Positions 9,739-19,835 of a stretch of 64,000 nt of DNA are shown one piece after another (within the stretch, counting starts at the first letter, position 1; every line of letters starts with the position of its first letter). The position numbers and the translations under genes were made by a program. A model generated the notes under the pieces. The model was not told where the DNA came from, searched no databases, and saw only the letters and a list, made by a program, of their open reading frames with translations. Source of the DNA: Amoebidium appalachense (lineage: Eukaryota; Protista; Ichthyosporea); contig CAVNZM010000003.1 in NCBI GenBank assembly GCA_963693365.1, positions 5,584,499 through 5,648,498 on the forward strand, read 5' to 3'.

Positions 9739-10257
9739 ATGGCTTTTGAGCAGGACCTGAAGCTATTTGTCAATCGGCTGTCGCTGCTTGTATCCAACAT
9801 GACGTTCGACTCGAACGGCGCCGGGAGGGTGGCAAGCCGGCCGCTACAGCTCCACGCAAGACTCGGCAAGGGCGACACGATGCTGTCGGACACGATGCTG
9901 CCGCTGCAGTCGGTGGAAACGTCGAACAGGACTGGACTCAACCACCTGGTGTTTTCGACGTGTCCACTGGAGGGGGCCGGGGATGCGGTGACCATCGACC
10001 TGGATTGGGGCAAGTCGTTTCGGCTGACCTGGGAGCGCTGGGACACCACGCTGTCGCTGCTGCCACCGAGGGATCCGACGGAGGAGGAGGGCATGAGCGA
10101 GGGACGAGCTGTCCCCATGGAGGCAAAGAGAAAACGAACAACCCTTCTGCGAATCGACTTTTTGAAGGACTTCCTTTGGCATGACATGGGGTGCGACATT
10201 CTGTCGCTGCAGTTATATGAATCAGTACAGAAAAATAGGCGGCAGTGTAGAGAATAA
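9739..10257 (+). CDS. Hypothetical protein
   Basis: accATGg start context, TATAAAAG at 9680-9687, coding-like codon bias. Confidence 0.6.
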   Translation: MAFEQDLKLFVNRLSLLVSNMTFDSNGAGRVASRPLQLHARLGKGDTMLSDTMLPLQSVETSNRTGLNHLVFSTCPLEGAGDAVTIDLDWGKSFRLTWERWDTTLSLLPPRDPTEEEGMSEGRAVPMEAKRKRTTLLRIDFLKDFLWHDMGCDILSLQLYESVQKNRRQCRE

Positions 10258-10649
10258 TGCAGGTATCACGCAGTGCGTGTGTGTGTGCGACTGCCGGTGA
10301 AGGTGCAACTGTGCCCTGGATGGCGCAGCATGTGAATATAAGGAGGCCCACAGCCAGGGAGTCATCGGAGCACATGTCTGGTGTGCGTTGGGATTATGGT
10401 CGATAATATTGTTACAAATATGTGGGTTTGGAGTGTCCATTAGGGAGCCAGCCCTACACTCAGGATATATATATATATAAGTATAAGCAGATACACGTCA
10501 CCTGAAACTTGTTGCACTGAGTAACAATAATTATCTTACTCAAGGTACTGATTCTGAGTAACACAGACAAGTGTCCCACACTAGATGTTACTCGACCAAA
10601 TATGGTAAAGGTTTCCTTTTTAGGTATAAATATATGCAATTGTCATATA

Positions 10650-10786
10650 GTGAGTAGGATGAGTAGGATGAGTACGTACTCATCTACTGTGGGCTACGGG
10701 TATACCTAAATCTCAATCCAAAAGGAAATTGGAACACCCGGGGGGAGACCAGATGAGTAGGTACTCAAGCTACTCATCCTACTCAC
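10650..10786. repeat. GATGAGTA iteron-like cluster with 17-bp inverted repeat and 18-bp palindrome
   Basis: gtgagtaggatgagtag (10650-10666) pairs with ctactcatcctactcac (10770-10786); gatgagtacgtactcatc at 10667-10684. Confidence 0.85.
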
Positions 10787-10795
10787 CCCATCACT

Positions 10796-11357
10796 GCCTA
10801 TAGGCATGCTCCGTGTGCAGGGCACTGATTTCTACCCTCTTCTGGTTGGTGCCAAGAGGCAGTGCCCTACACGTGTGGTGTCTAAACAGCCTATAGGCAT
10901 GCTCCGTGTGCAGGGCACTGATTTCTACCCTCTTCTGGTTGGTGCCAAGAGGCAGTGCCCTACACGTGTGGTGTCAAACAGCCATAGGCATGCCCGTGTG
11001 CAGGGCACTGATCCCCCGGGGGCAAGAGGCAGTGCCCTACACGTGGGTGCAAACAGCCTAAGGCATGCTCCGTGTGCAGGGCACTGATTTCTACCCTCTT
11101 CTGGTTGGTGCCAAGAGGCAGTGCCCTACACGTGTGGTGTCTAAACAGCCTATAGGCATGCTCCGTGTGCAGGGCACTGATTTCTACCCTCTTCTGGTTG
11201 GTGCCAAGAGGCAGTGCCCTACACGTGTGGTGTCTAAACAGCCTATAGGCATGCTCCGTGTGCAGGGCACTAATTTGTTGTGCCTTCCTTTTTTGGTTAG
11301 ATCTATACCCGGCCAATGGTTAGCAGCCACGGGTTTGTTTTCATCAAGCTTGGACGT
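10796..11357 (+). repeat. Left inverted-repeat arm: about five 93-bp tandem units (one internally deleted) plus about 86 bp of unique flank
   Basis: Period 93 (taggcatgctcc at 10801 and 10894); reverse complement of 16634 onward. Confidence 0.95.
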
Positions 11358-11415
11358 TAATACATACTAAGTAACAGAATGAAATCACTCGCAAGTGTTA
11401 TCCCTCATGATTGTA

Positions 11416-11772
11416 TCAATCCGTTTCATCCGGAGTCTTAGCGGACTGGCCCAGCCGTATGAGACAGGCCCGTAGAAAGTCCTTTTGCTTCTTCAGCTTG
11501 TCGTTTTCCAGCTGCAGCTCTTGGTTCTCCACCACCAAATTCTTGTTCTCTTCGCACACCTTGTTGCGCTCCTCTTGCAGGCCCTTGATCACCTCCCGCT
11601 GGTTCTTGTTCATTGTGCGCAGCGCGTCGTTGTCCTTGTCCATGTCGTTGTTCAACTCCCTCAGCTGCTGGATCAGCCCGTGCAGCCCCTCGTTGGCCTC
11701 CTTCAGCATCTTGTTGGTCTCTTGCAGCTGCTCGGTGTGTGCATCTTGGCGCTGTGTATCTGTTTCATCCAT
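11416..11772 (-). CDS. Coiled-coil protein
   Basis: Continuous heptad pattern (N..L..EN..L) over about 90 aa. Confidence 0.7.
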   Translation of the reverse strand: MDETDTQRQDAHTEQLQETNKMLKEANEGLHGLIQQLRELNNDMDKDNDALRTMNKNQREVIKGLQEERNKVCEENKNLVVENQELQLENDKLKKQKDFLRACLIRLGQSAKTPDETD

Positions 11773-12631
11773 TGTGTCGTTTGCAGCCGGTTGGGCAGGA
11801 GGTGTTTAGTTTTTATCCACGAAGCAAAGCAGTGTGAACAAAAAAAACGTCCCTCTTATTTTTACGAAGCAAAAGTGTGACCCAAAAAAAAAACGTTCCT
11901 CTTACACAATGCAAAATAAAGCAAAATCCTATGATGCGCAAACACACCGTGAACTAAAAAAACTCGCCACTGATTATTTACAAAGTAAAGCAGTGTGAAC
12001 AAAAAAAAAAAGCGCTCCTTACACAGTGCAAAATAAAACACACACACACACACACCAAGCCATTTGTATCCAGCTCGGACCCCTTTTTGTGCGCACACTT
12101 CTGGTTGGTGTATAAGTATTGGATCCACGTGAGCGCGAGTTTCCTAAGTGCTGCTCAAAAAGTGACATGTTGTTCCCAGCAGGCAGTGCACCGATTCGCT
12201 ATCAGTTGACATCGTGTTCAAGCAGTCAGCACCATGTGATTGTGTACTTTTCCTGACCAATTTTTGTATCCCTGATAGACAGAATAATGCTCGTAATTGT
12301 TGGGAAGCATATTCGTGTTTTTTTAGGAGTTGCTACATCAAAATACATTGTGTTCAAACACTGACGGCCAAGTTGCAAAGATCGGATTACAATCCAATCT
12401 GTCAAATGACAATTCTCAAGTCAAAACATGCTCTTGTTGATCCAATCAGAATTCATCAATCAGTCAGCAGATTTGGTTGAGCCCCAACTTATCGGATACA
12501 CCAAGATGCCCAAATGACAATTAGCCAATCAGATATTCACGCGATCTCTAGATCCAATCAAGCGTCGCGGCTGGGGTATATCCAACCAATCTAATGCAAT
12601 AAAGCATCTGATGCCAAAGCCGGGCACGGCA

Positions 12632-12639
12632 TATAAAAG
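12632..12639 (+). promoter_or_regulatory. TATA box (GGCATATAAAAGC context) preceded by several CCAAT motifs
   Basis: About 90 nt upstream of ATG 12724; the same 13-mer lies on the minus strand upstream of the ORF starting at 16420. Confidence 0.6.
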
Positions 12640-12723
12640 CCCATACTCTCTTCAATCCACACACCTTTTCCATGTTAGCTAGCTTCTCCCTTGGCACACA
12701 ACGTACATCCAACTGTCACGAAA

Positions 12724-13470
12724 ATGAGTTCTAACATCAAAGATCTAGAAAGGCGCGCTAAAAAAATAGAGACAAGACTCAAGACTTTGGAGGAGGATGC
12801 AAAGGTCCTGCGGGACACCCAGACCCGTTTCGCGTGCGCCCTTGCTAGGCACGCCCGCATGGCTTTAAGCAAGCGCACCACTACAGCAGCAACCGTGGCA
12901 CCCCCAGCGCTGACCGTGGCACCCCCAGCGCTGACCGTGGCACCCCCAGCGCTGACCGTGGCACCCCCTGTCCTGGCAGCGGCACCTGCACTTCGTGCTG
13001 GCGAGCATGGCAGCTCCTATCCCGTGGACTTGGCCCCCCTGCCCCTGCAGCGCTCACGTTTGCACATCACACAGGGGTCCAAGACACGGGAGAAACCACG
13101 AAGACAGCAGAAGAGGACACGAGAGGAAGTCAGAAGCTCTGGGTCGGAGGAGGAGCACCATTCTCCAGTGCCTCCTTGGTTCAACTGGAAGACCTTCACA
13201 CAGGGGTCCAAGACACGGGAGAAACCACGAAGACAGCAGAAGAGGACACGAGAGGAAGTCAAAAGCTCTGGGTCGGAGGTACAGGAGGAAGTGCCTCCTT
13301 GGTTCAAGACCTTGCTATGGGGACCTGAGGAGTACTCGTCTTCTGAGGAGCACTCGGAAGACGAGTCCAAGACCTTGACACGGGGACAGCAGAAAAGGGC
13401 ACGAGCCAGTGAAGCCAGCAGCTCTGGGGCGTCTTCCGAGTCTTCAGACGGAGATATCAACTGGCCTTGA
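12724..13470 (+). CDS. Hypothetical protein: N-terminal coiled coil, TVAPPAL repeats and a duplicated basic block
   Basis: aaaATG at 12724, upstream TATA, 21-bp repeats at 12893-12968, TQGSKTREKPRRQQKRTREEV twice. Confidence 0.62.
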   Translation: MSSNIKDLERRAKKIETRLKTLEEDAKVLRDTQTRFACALARHARMALSKRTTTAATVAPPALTVAPPALTVAPPALTVAPPVLAAAPALRAGEHGSSYPVDLAPLPLQRSRLHITQGSKTREKPRRQQKRTREEVRSSGSEEEHHSPVPPWFNWKTFTQGSKTREKPRRQQKRTREEVKSSGSEVQEEVPPWFKTLLWGPEEYSSSEEHSEDESKTLTRGQQKRARASEASSSGASSESSDGDINWP

Positions 13471-13549
13471 CACGGTGAAAAAAGGGGCCGCTATTAGAGA
13501 GTAGCCTCAGGCTATTCTAGTGCTTGTGTGCAGGTGTACTTAACATTGA

Positions 13550-14830
13550 GTGTACTTAGGGTGGGGCTGTGCAGACGTGTACTTAAAGGGTGGGGCTGTG
13601 CAGACGTGTACTTAGGATGGTGCAGACGTGTACTTAAAGGGTGGGGCTGTGCAGACGTGTACTTAAAGGGTGGGGCTGTGCAGACGTGTACTTAGGATGG
13701 TGTAGAGGTACTTAGGGTGGTGCAGAGTGTACTTAGGGTGGTGCAGAGTGTACTTAGGGTGGGGCTGTGCAGAGTGTACTTAGGGTGGTGCAGACGTGTA
13801 CTTAGGGTGGGGCTGTGCAGAGTGTACTTAGGGTGGTGCAGACGTGTACTTAGGGTGGTGCAGAGTGTACTTAGGGTGGGGCTGTGCAGACGTGTACTTA
13901 GGGTGGTGCAGACGTGTACTTAGGGTGGTGCAGAGGTGTACTTAGGGTGGTGCAGACGTGTACTTAGGGTGGGGCTGTGCAGAGGTGTACTTAGGGTGGT
14001 GCAGACGTGTACTTAGGGTGGTTCAGAGTGTACTTAGGGTGGGGCTGTGCAGAGGTGTACTTAGGGTGGGGCTGTGCAGAGTGTACTTAGGGTGGTGCAG
14101 ACGTGTACTTAGGGTGGTGCAGAGGTGTACTTAGGGCTGTGCAGAGGTGTACTTAGGGTGGTGCAGAGTGTACTTAGGGTGGTGCAGAGGTGTACTTAGG
14201 GGGGGCTGTGCAGAGGTGTACTTAGGGTGGTGCAGAGGTGTACTTAGGGCTGTGCAGAGGTGTACTTAGGGTGGTGCAGAGTGTACTTAGGGTGGTGCAG
14301 AGGTGTACTTAGGGCTGTGCAGAGGTGTACTTAGGGTGGTGCAGAGGTGTACTTAGGGTGGTGCAGAGGTGTACTTAGGGTGGTGCAGACGTGTACTTAG
14401 GGTGGTGCAGAGTGTACTTAGGGTGGTGCAGAGGTGTACTTAGGGCTGTGCAGAGGTGTACTTAGGGTGGTGCAGAGGTGTACTTAGGGTGGTGCAGAGG
14501 TGTACTTAGGGTGGTGCAGACGTGTACTTAGGGTGGTGCAGAGGTGTACTTAGGGTGGTGCAGACGTGTACTTAGGGTGGGGCTGTGCACCACAGTGTAC
14601 TTAGGGTGGTGCAGACGTGTACTTAGGGTGGGGCTGTGCACCACAGTGTACTTAGGGTGGTGCAGACGTGTACTTAGGGTGGGGCTGTGCACCACAGTGT
14701 ACTTAGGGTGGTGCAGACGTGTACTTAGGGTGGGGCTGTGCACCACAGTGTACTTAGGGTGGTGCAGACGTGTACTTAGGGTGGGGCTGTGCACCACAGT
14801 GTACTTAGGGTGGTGCAGAGTGTACTTAGG
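13550..14830 (+). repeat. Telomere-like minisatellite: 21-29-bp units each built on GTGTAC-TTAGGG-TGG
   Basis: Basic unit gtgtacttagggtggtgcaga with variants; a regular 51-bp higher-order repeat, five copies, at about 14545-14815. Confidence 0.93.
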
Positions 14831-15235
14831 TGGGTGTCTTGTGGTGAAAGTAAAGTTTATGGCATACAGGCAGATGTGTGCTTTAAGCCTTAGGGAACTG
14901 TGGGCAGACATGTCAACACTTGGGCCTATGGGTAGACGTGTACACACTTAGTGTATTTGTTTGTGTCTCTCATGGTTATTTTATAGCATGAAGCACTGCA
15001 AAAAATGGTGTATGTTTCCGTGGTCCACGTACACAGAATCCTTTAATATGAACACAAGTGATTGTATAGAAAAAGAGTACGTACGTACATGATAGTCTAG
15101 TCAGATTACAAAGAACAAATCAACTTGGACCGAGTATATTCAAATACAAACTAAAAGAGAAAAGAAACAAATAAATCAAGACCGATCAATTCAAATACAA
15201 ATCAAAAGAGAATGCCACTTAGTCGACCAATCAAA

Positions 15236-16420
15236 TCAGTACATCTTATGCTCATACTGGTCAAACTCTTCCTGGTCAAGATCAATGAGGGGAATTTCTT
15301 CAGTTTGTTTATGTTTGGGTTCAGGTTTGCGGTCATACACGACCGACTCACGATCAGACGCAGATTCGTCATCTGTCATATCATCGAGTACCTGATTTGC
15401 CCGTCGTTTGAGCCGCTTGGGGTTGAATGCTTCATCTGAGTCCCAATCACATTGATCATGGACGCGTTTGGCGGGTGAGGCAGGTGAAGAGACAGACTCA
15501 TTACCACCTGTGTATGCCTTCAAGTTCTTCTCCCGTCGCAGAATCTTCCTTCGGATGCTTTTTATGGTGTTTTGGGCTGCACACACAGCAGCAATGGCCA
15601 GGCCCTCCGCCATTTCATCTTCAGCCGCCTTTGCCTCTTTGACACGCTCTCGAGCATTCTGGAGCTCCCCCCTCACACTAGTTAGCTGTGCATCGAGGTC
15701 CATCGTATGGTCATGCAACGAAGTCTCAGGTGTTTTGGTGTGCTTGGGCCTGGGCTTAGCGGCAGGGGTGGTCTTGGCAGGAGTGGTCTTGGTGGTAGGG
15801 GTGGTCTTGGCAGGAGTGGTCTTGGTGGTAGGGGTGGTCTTGGCAGGAGTGGTCTTGGTGGTAGGGGTGGTCTTGGCAGGAGTGGTCTTTGCGGCAGGGG
15901 TGGGGGCAGTCACAGGGGTGGTCTTTGCGACAGGGGTGGGGGCAGTCACAGGGGTGGTCTTTGCGGCAGGGGTGGGGGCAGTCACAGGGGCGGTCTTTGC
16001 GACAGGGGTGGGGGCAGTCACAGTGGTGGTGTTGGCGGCAGGGGTGGGGTCAGCAGTCACAGTGGTGGTGTTGGCGGCAATGGTAGTCTTGCGAGGGCCA
16101 CTGAAAATGTAGTTTTCATAGGCCACCTGGCCATCCCGACGGGGTGCTGCAGCCCGTTGCAGGCTGGCAAGCTCGGCCTGCAGGGTCTTGATCTGCTCTT
16201 CGGCTGCCCTCAGTCGTGCCTCTACATCAGAGGGCTGGGGTTGGGGGGGTCGGGGGGTACGCGCAGCATTCTCATTGGTCACTTGACTGCGGAGGCTGGT
16301 GAGGTCGGTGCGGAGGCTGGTGACGTCGGTGTGCAGGGCCGTTAAGCGAGACGAATGGTCCGTGTACAGAAAATCAAAGCGCTTCTGCAGCTGTTGAAGC
16401 TCCTCTTTCCAAGAATCCAT
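15236..16420 (-). CDS. Coiled-coil protein with a central Thr/Pro/Ala/Lys repeat linker and basic NLS-like C-terminus
   Basis: 394-aa ORF, PAKTT/TPVTAP repeats, PKRLKRR, TATA at 16516-16523. Confidence 0.75.
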   Translation of the reverse strand: MDSWKEELQQLQKRFDFLYTDHSSRLTALHTDVTSLRTDLTSLRSQVTNENAARTPRPPQPQPSDVEARLRAAEEQIKTLQAELASLQRAAAPRRDGQVAYENYIFSGPRKTTIAANTTTVTADPTPAANTTTVTAPTPVAKTAPVTAPTPAAKTTPVTAPTPVAKTTPVTAPTPAAKTTPAKTTPTTKTTPAKTTPTTKTTPAKTTPTTKTTPAKTTPAAKPRPKHTKTPETSLHDHTMDLDAQLTSVRGELQNARERVKEAKAAEDEMAEGLAIAAVCAAQNTIKSIRRKILRREKNLKAYTGGNESVSSPASPAKRVHDQCDWDSDEAFNPKRLKRRANQVLDDMTDDESASDRESVVYDRKPEPKHKQTEEIPLIDLDQEEFDQYEHKMY

Positions 16421-16633
16421 GTTTCGTGTGAGTGTTTGAAAAGCAAGTTTGTTGTGTGTCGCCTTTTACTATTGAGTGTCAGTGTTGAAATGAGTGAATG
16501 TGACCGTGTGTGCTGCTTTTATATGCCACGGTACAAAGCAGCTTACAGCAATGGTGCCAAGGCTCAATGGGATAGATCTCTCCAATCAACGGTCATTGTC
16601 ACTCAAACGGCCTTGATGGTTGGCAAAGTATCA

Positions 16634-18792
16634 CGTCTAAGCTTGATGAAAACAAACCCGTGGCTGCTAACCATTGGCCGGGTATAGATCTAACCAAAAA
16701 AGGAAGGCACAACAAATTGGTGCCTGCACACGGAGCATGCCTATAGGCTGTTTAGACACCACACGTGTAGGGCGCTGCCTCTTGGCACCAACCAGAAGAG
16801 GGTAGAAATTGGTGCCTGCACACGGAGCATGCCTATAGGCTGTTTAGACACCACACGTGTAGGGCGCTGCCTCTTGGCACCAACCAGAAGAGGGTAGAAA
16901 TTGGTGCCTGCACACGGAGCATGCCTATAGGCTGTTTAGACACCACACGTGTAGGGCGCTGCCTCTTGGCACCAACCAGAAGAGGGTAGAAATTGGTGCC
17001 TGCACACGGAGCATGCCTATAGGCTGTTTAGACACCACACGTGTAGGGCACTGCCTCTTGGCACCAACCAGAAGAGGGTAGAAATTGGTGCCTGCACACG
17101 GAGCATGCCTATAGGCTGTTTAGACACCACACGTGTAGGGCGCTGCCTCTTGGCACCAACCAGAAGAGGGTAGAAATTGGTGCCTGCACACGGAGCATGC
17201 CTATAGGCTGTTTAGACACCACACGTGTAGGGCGCTGCCTCTTGGCACCAACCAGAAGAGGGTAGAAATTGGTGCCTGCACACGGAGCATGCCTATAGGC
17301 TGTTTAGACACCACACGTGTAGGGCGCTGCCTCTTGGCACCAACCAGAAGAGGGTAGAAATTGGTGCCTGCACACGGAGCATGCCTATAGGCTGTTTAGA
17401 CACCACACGTGTAGGGCGCTGCCTCTTGGCACCAACCAGAAGAGGGTAGAAATTGGTGCCTGCACACGGAGCATGCCTATAGGCTGTTTAGACACCACAC
17501 GTGTAGGGCGCTGCCTCTTGGCACCAACCAGAAGAGGGTAGAAATTGGTGCCTGCACACGGAGCATGCCTATAGGCTGTTTAGACACCACACGTGTAGGG
17601 CGCTGCCTCTTGGCACCAACCAGAAGAGGGTAGAAATTGGTGCCTGCACACGGAGCATGCCTATAGGCTGTTTAGACACCACACGTGTAGGGCGCTGCCT
17701 CTTGGCACCAACCAGAAGAGGGTAGAAATTGGTGCCTGCACACGGAGCATGCCTATAGGCTGTTTAGACACCACACGTGTAGGGCGCTGCCTCTTGGCAC
17801 CAACCAGAAGAGGGTAGAAATTGGTGCCTGCACACGGAGCATGCCTATAGGCTGTTTAGACACCACACGTGTAGGGCGCTGCCTCTTGGCACCAACCAGA
17901 AGAGGGTAGAAATTGGTGCCTGCACACGGAGCATGCCTATAGGCTGTTTAGACACCACACGTGTAGGGCGCTGCCTCTTGGCACCAACCAGAAGAGGGTA
18001 GAAATGGGTGCCTGCACACGGAGCATGCCTATAGGCTGTTTAGACACCACACGTGTAGGGCGCTGCCTCTTGGCACCAACCAGAAGAGGGTAGAAATTGG
18101 TGCCTGCACACGGAGCATGCCTATAGGCTGTTTAGACACCACACGTGTAGGGCGCTGCCTCTTGGCACCAACCAGAAGAGGGTAGAAATGGGTGCCTGCA
18201 CACGGAGCATGCCTATAGGCTGTTTAGACACCACACGTGTAGGGCGCTGCCTCTTGGCACCAACCAGAAGAGGGTAGAAATGGGTGCCTGCACACGGAGC
18301 ATGCCTATAGGCTGTTTAGACACCACACGTGTAGGGCGCTGCCTCTTGGCACCAACCAGAAGAGGGTAGAAATTGGTGCCTGCACACGGAGCATGCCTAT
18401 AGGCTGTTTAGACACCACACGTGTAGGGCGCTGCCTCTTGGCACCAACCAGAAGAGGGTAGAAATTGGTGCCTGCACACGGAGCATGCCTATAGGCTGTT
18501 TAGACACCACACGTGTAGGGCGCTGCCTCTTGGCACCAACCAGAAGAGGGTAGAAATTGGTGCCTGCACACGGAGCATGCCTATAGGCTGTTTAGACACC
18601 ACACGTGTAGGGCGCTGCCTCTTGGCACCAACCAGAAGAGGGTAGAAATTGGTGCCTGCACACGGAGCATGCCTATAGGCTGTTTAGACACCACACGTGT
18701 AGGGCGCTGCCTCTTGGCACCAACCAGAAGAGGGTAGAAATTGGTGCCTGCACACGGAGCATGCCTATAGGCTGTTTAGACACCACACGTGT
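16634..18792 (-). repeat. Right inverted-repeat arm: about 86 bp of unique flank plus about 22.5 near-identical 92-bp tandem units
   Basis: Period 92 (tgcctgcaca at 16721 and 16813); units contain the palindromes gcctataggc and acacgtgt. Confidence 0.97.
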
Positions 18793-19447
18793 TGTGGCTT
18801 CTGCCTTTATCACCCACACACCCACACGTGCCAACATACACTATCCTCCCCGTGAGTGGCATGCCAGTCTCCCCAGCCCCCCTGCTCCCCAGCCCCCCAG
18901 TCCCCCCAGCTCCCCTGCTCCCCTGCTCCCCTGCCCCCCTGCTCCCCTGCCACATGCACACCCACACACTGGGTGGCCCCCCTGCCCCCCTGCCTGCCGG
19001 AACCAGGCCCCCCAGTGGTGGCATTCCAACACGTGCATGCTAGAAGATCGTGCTACATGAACAAATGGTCTTAACTCAGCCATACATGGGGGGGCATGGT
19101 TCCCCCACTCTCCCCAGCCTCCTGTGCACGTGTGCCTCCCCCGACCCCCTGCCTCCCCTGCACGTGTGCCCCCCCTCCTGCCGGAACCACGGCCCCCAGT
19201 GGTGGCAGCCAGTGCCTTACATGCTAATCTATTCTATGGCCACATGGCCAGATGGCCAGATTGTTTTGACTTCAGGTGGATCCCCCTCCCCCTGCTCACA
19301 GACTGAATTTGATCTGGCCATCTGGCCATCTGGGTATAAACCGTTTTCTGTTCTAATATTGGAGAACTGTCGATAGTGATAGAAAATGTCATTGGAAGAA
19401 CAATCGGGAAATCCCGCGGTGTGACAACCAATCAGAATGAAGCAATA

Positions 19448-19835
19448 TTGGGATATTCGGGTTGGTTGTAAGGTTTTCAGGTCGGGCCGAAGGCCCTAAC
19501 GGGCCGCAGGCCCGCTTATTGGGCCGCTAGGCCCTAGGCCGCTAGGCCGCTAGGCCCGGGGCCCCGGGGACCGGGGGCCCGACCCGGCCCGCGAGCCACC
19601 CCCGGCCCGGCCCGCGGGGGCCCGGCGCCGGGGTTAGCAGTCACTGCTAACCCCGGCGCCGGGCCCCGCGGGCCGGGCCGGGGGTGGCTCGCGGGCCGGG
19701 TCGGGCCCCCGGTCCCCGGGGCCCCGGGCCTAGCGGCCTAGCGGCCTAGGGCCTAGCGGCCCAATAAGCGGGCCTGCGGCCCGTTAGGGCCTTCGGCCCG
19801 ACCTGAAAACCTTACAACCAACCCGAATATCCCAA
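19448..19835. repeat. 388-bp GC-rich near-perfect palindrome (hairpin/cruciform)
   Basis: Arms 19448-19641 and 19643-19835 centred on ttagcagt-c-actgctaa; the only difference seen is one G/C indel in a homopolymer. Confidence 0.97.

Larger units (their letters stand above)
1..19447. mobile_element. Endogenous large-DNA-virus (NCLDV/giant-virus-like) segment, right-hand portion; left end lies outside the window
   Basis: Closely packed intronless ORFs (D5-like SF3 helicase, patatin, Fic, PD-(D/E)XK nuclease, C2H2 fingers, orphan ORFs) and no (CA)n/poly-G introns like those filling the host genes after 23 kb. No capsid or polymerase gene in view, so the virus class is inferred. Confidence 0.72.

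Noticed and set aside
10806-11370. ORFs MLRVQGTDFY… in the 93-bp array
   Set aside because: A by-product of a period divisible by 3; the frame is broken in the deleted unit and in the 92-bp sister array.
13550-14830. CRISPR-like array
   Set aside because: Sequences between the conserved cores are short recurring variants, not unique spacers; no cas genes.
16718-18792. CRISPR array or coding repeat
   Set aside because: Units are head-to-tail identical with no spacers, and the 92-bp period is not a multiple of 3.
1-19447. Polinton/adintovirus or Helitron assignment
   Set aside because: No protein-primed polB, integrase, capsid or Rep-Pif1 gene is visible in this window.
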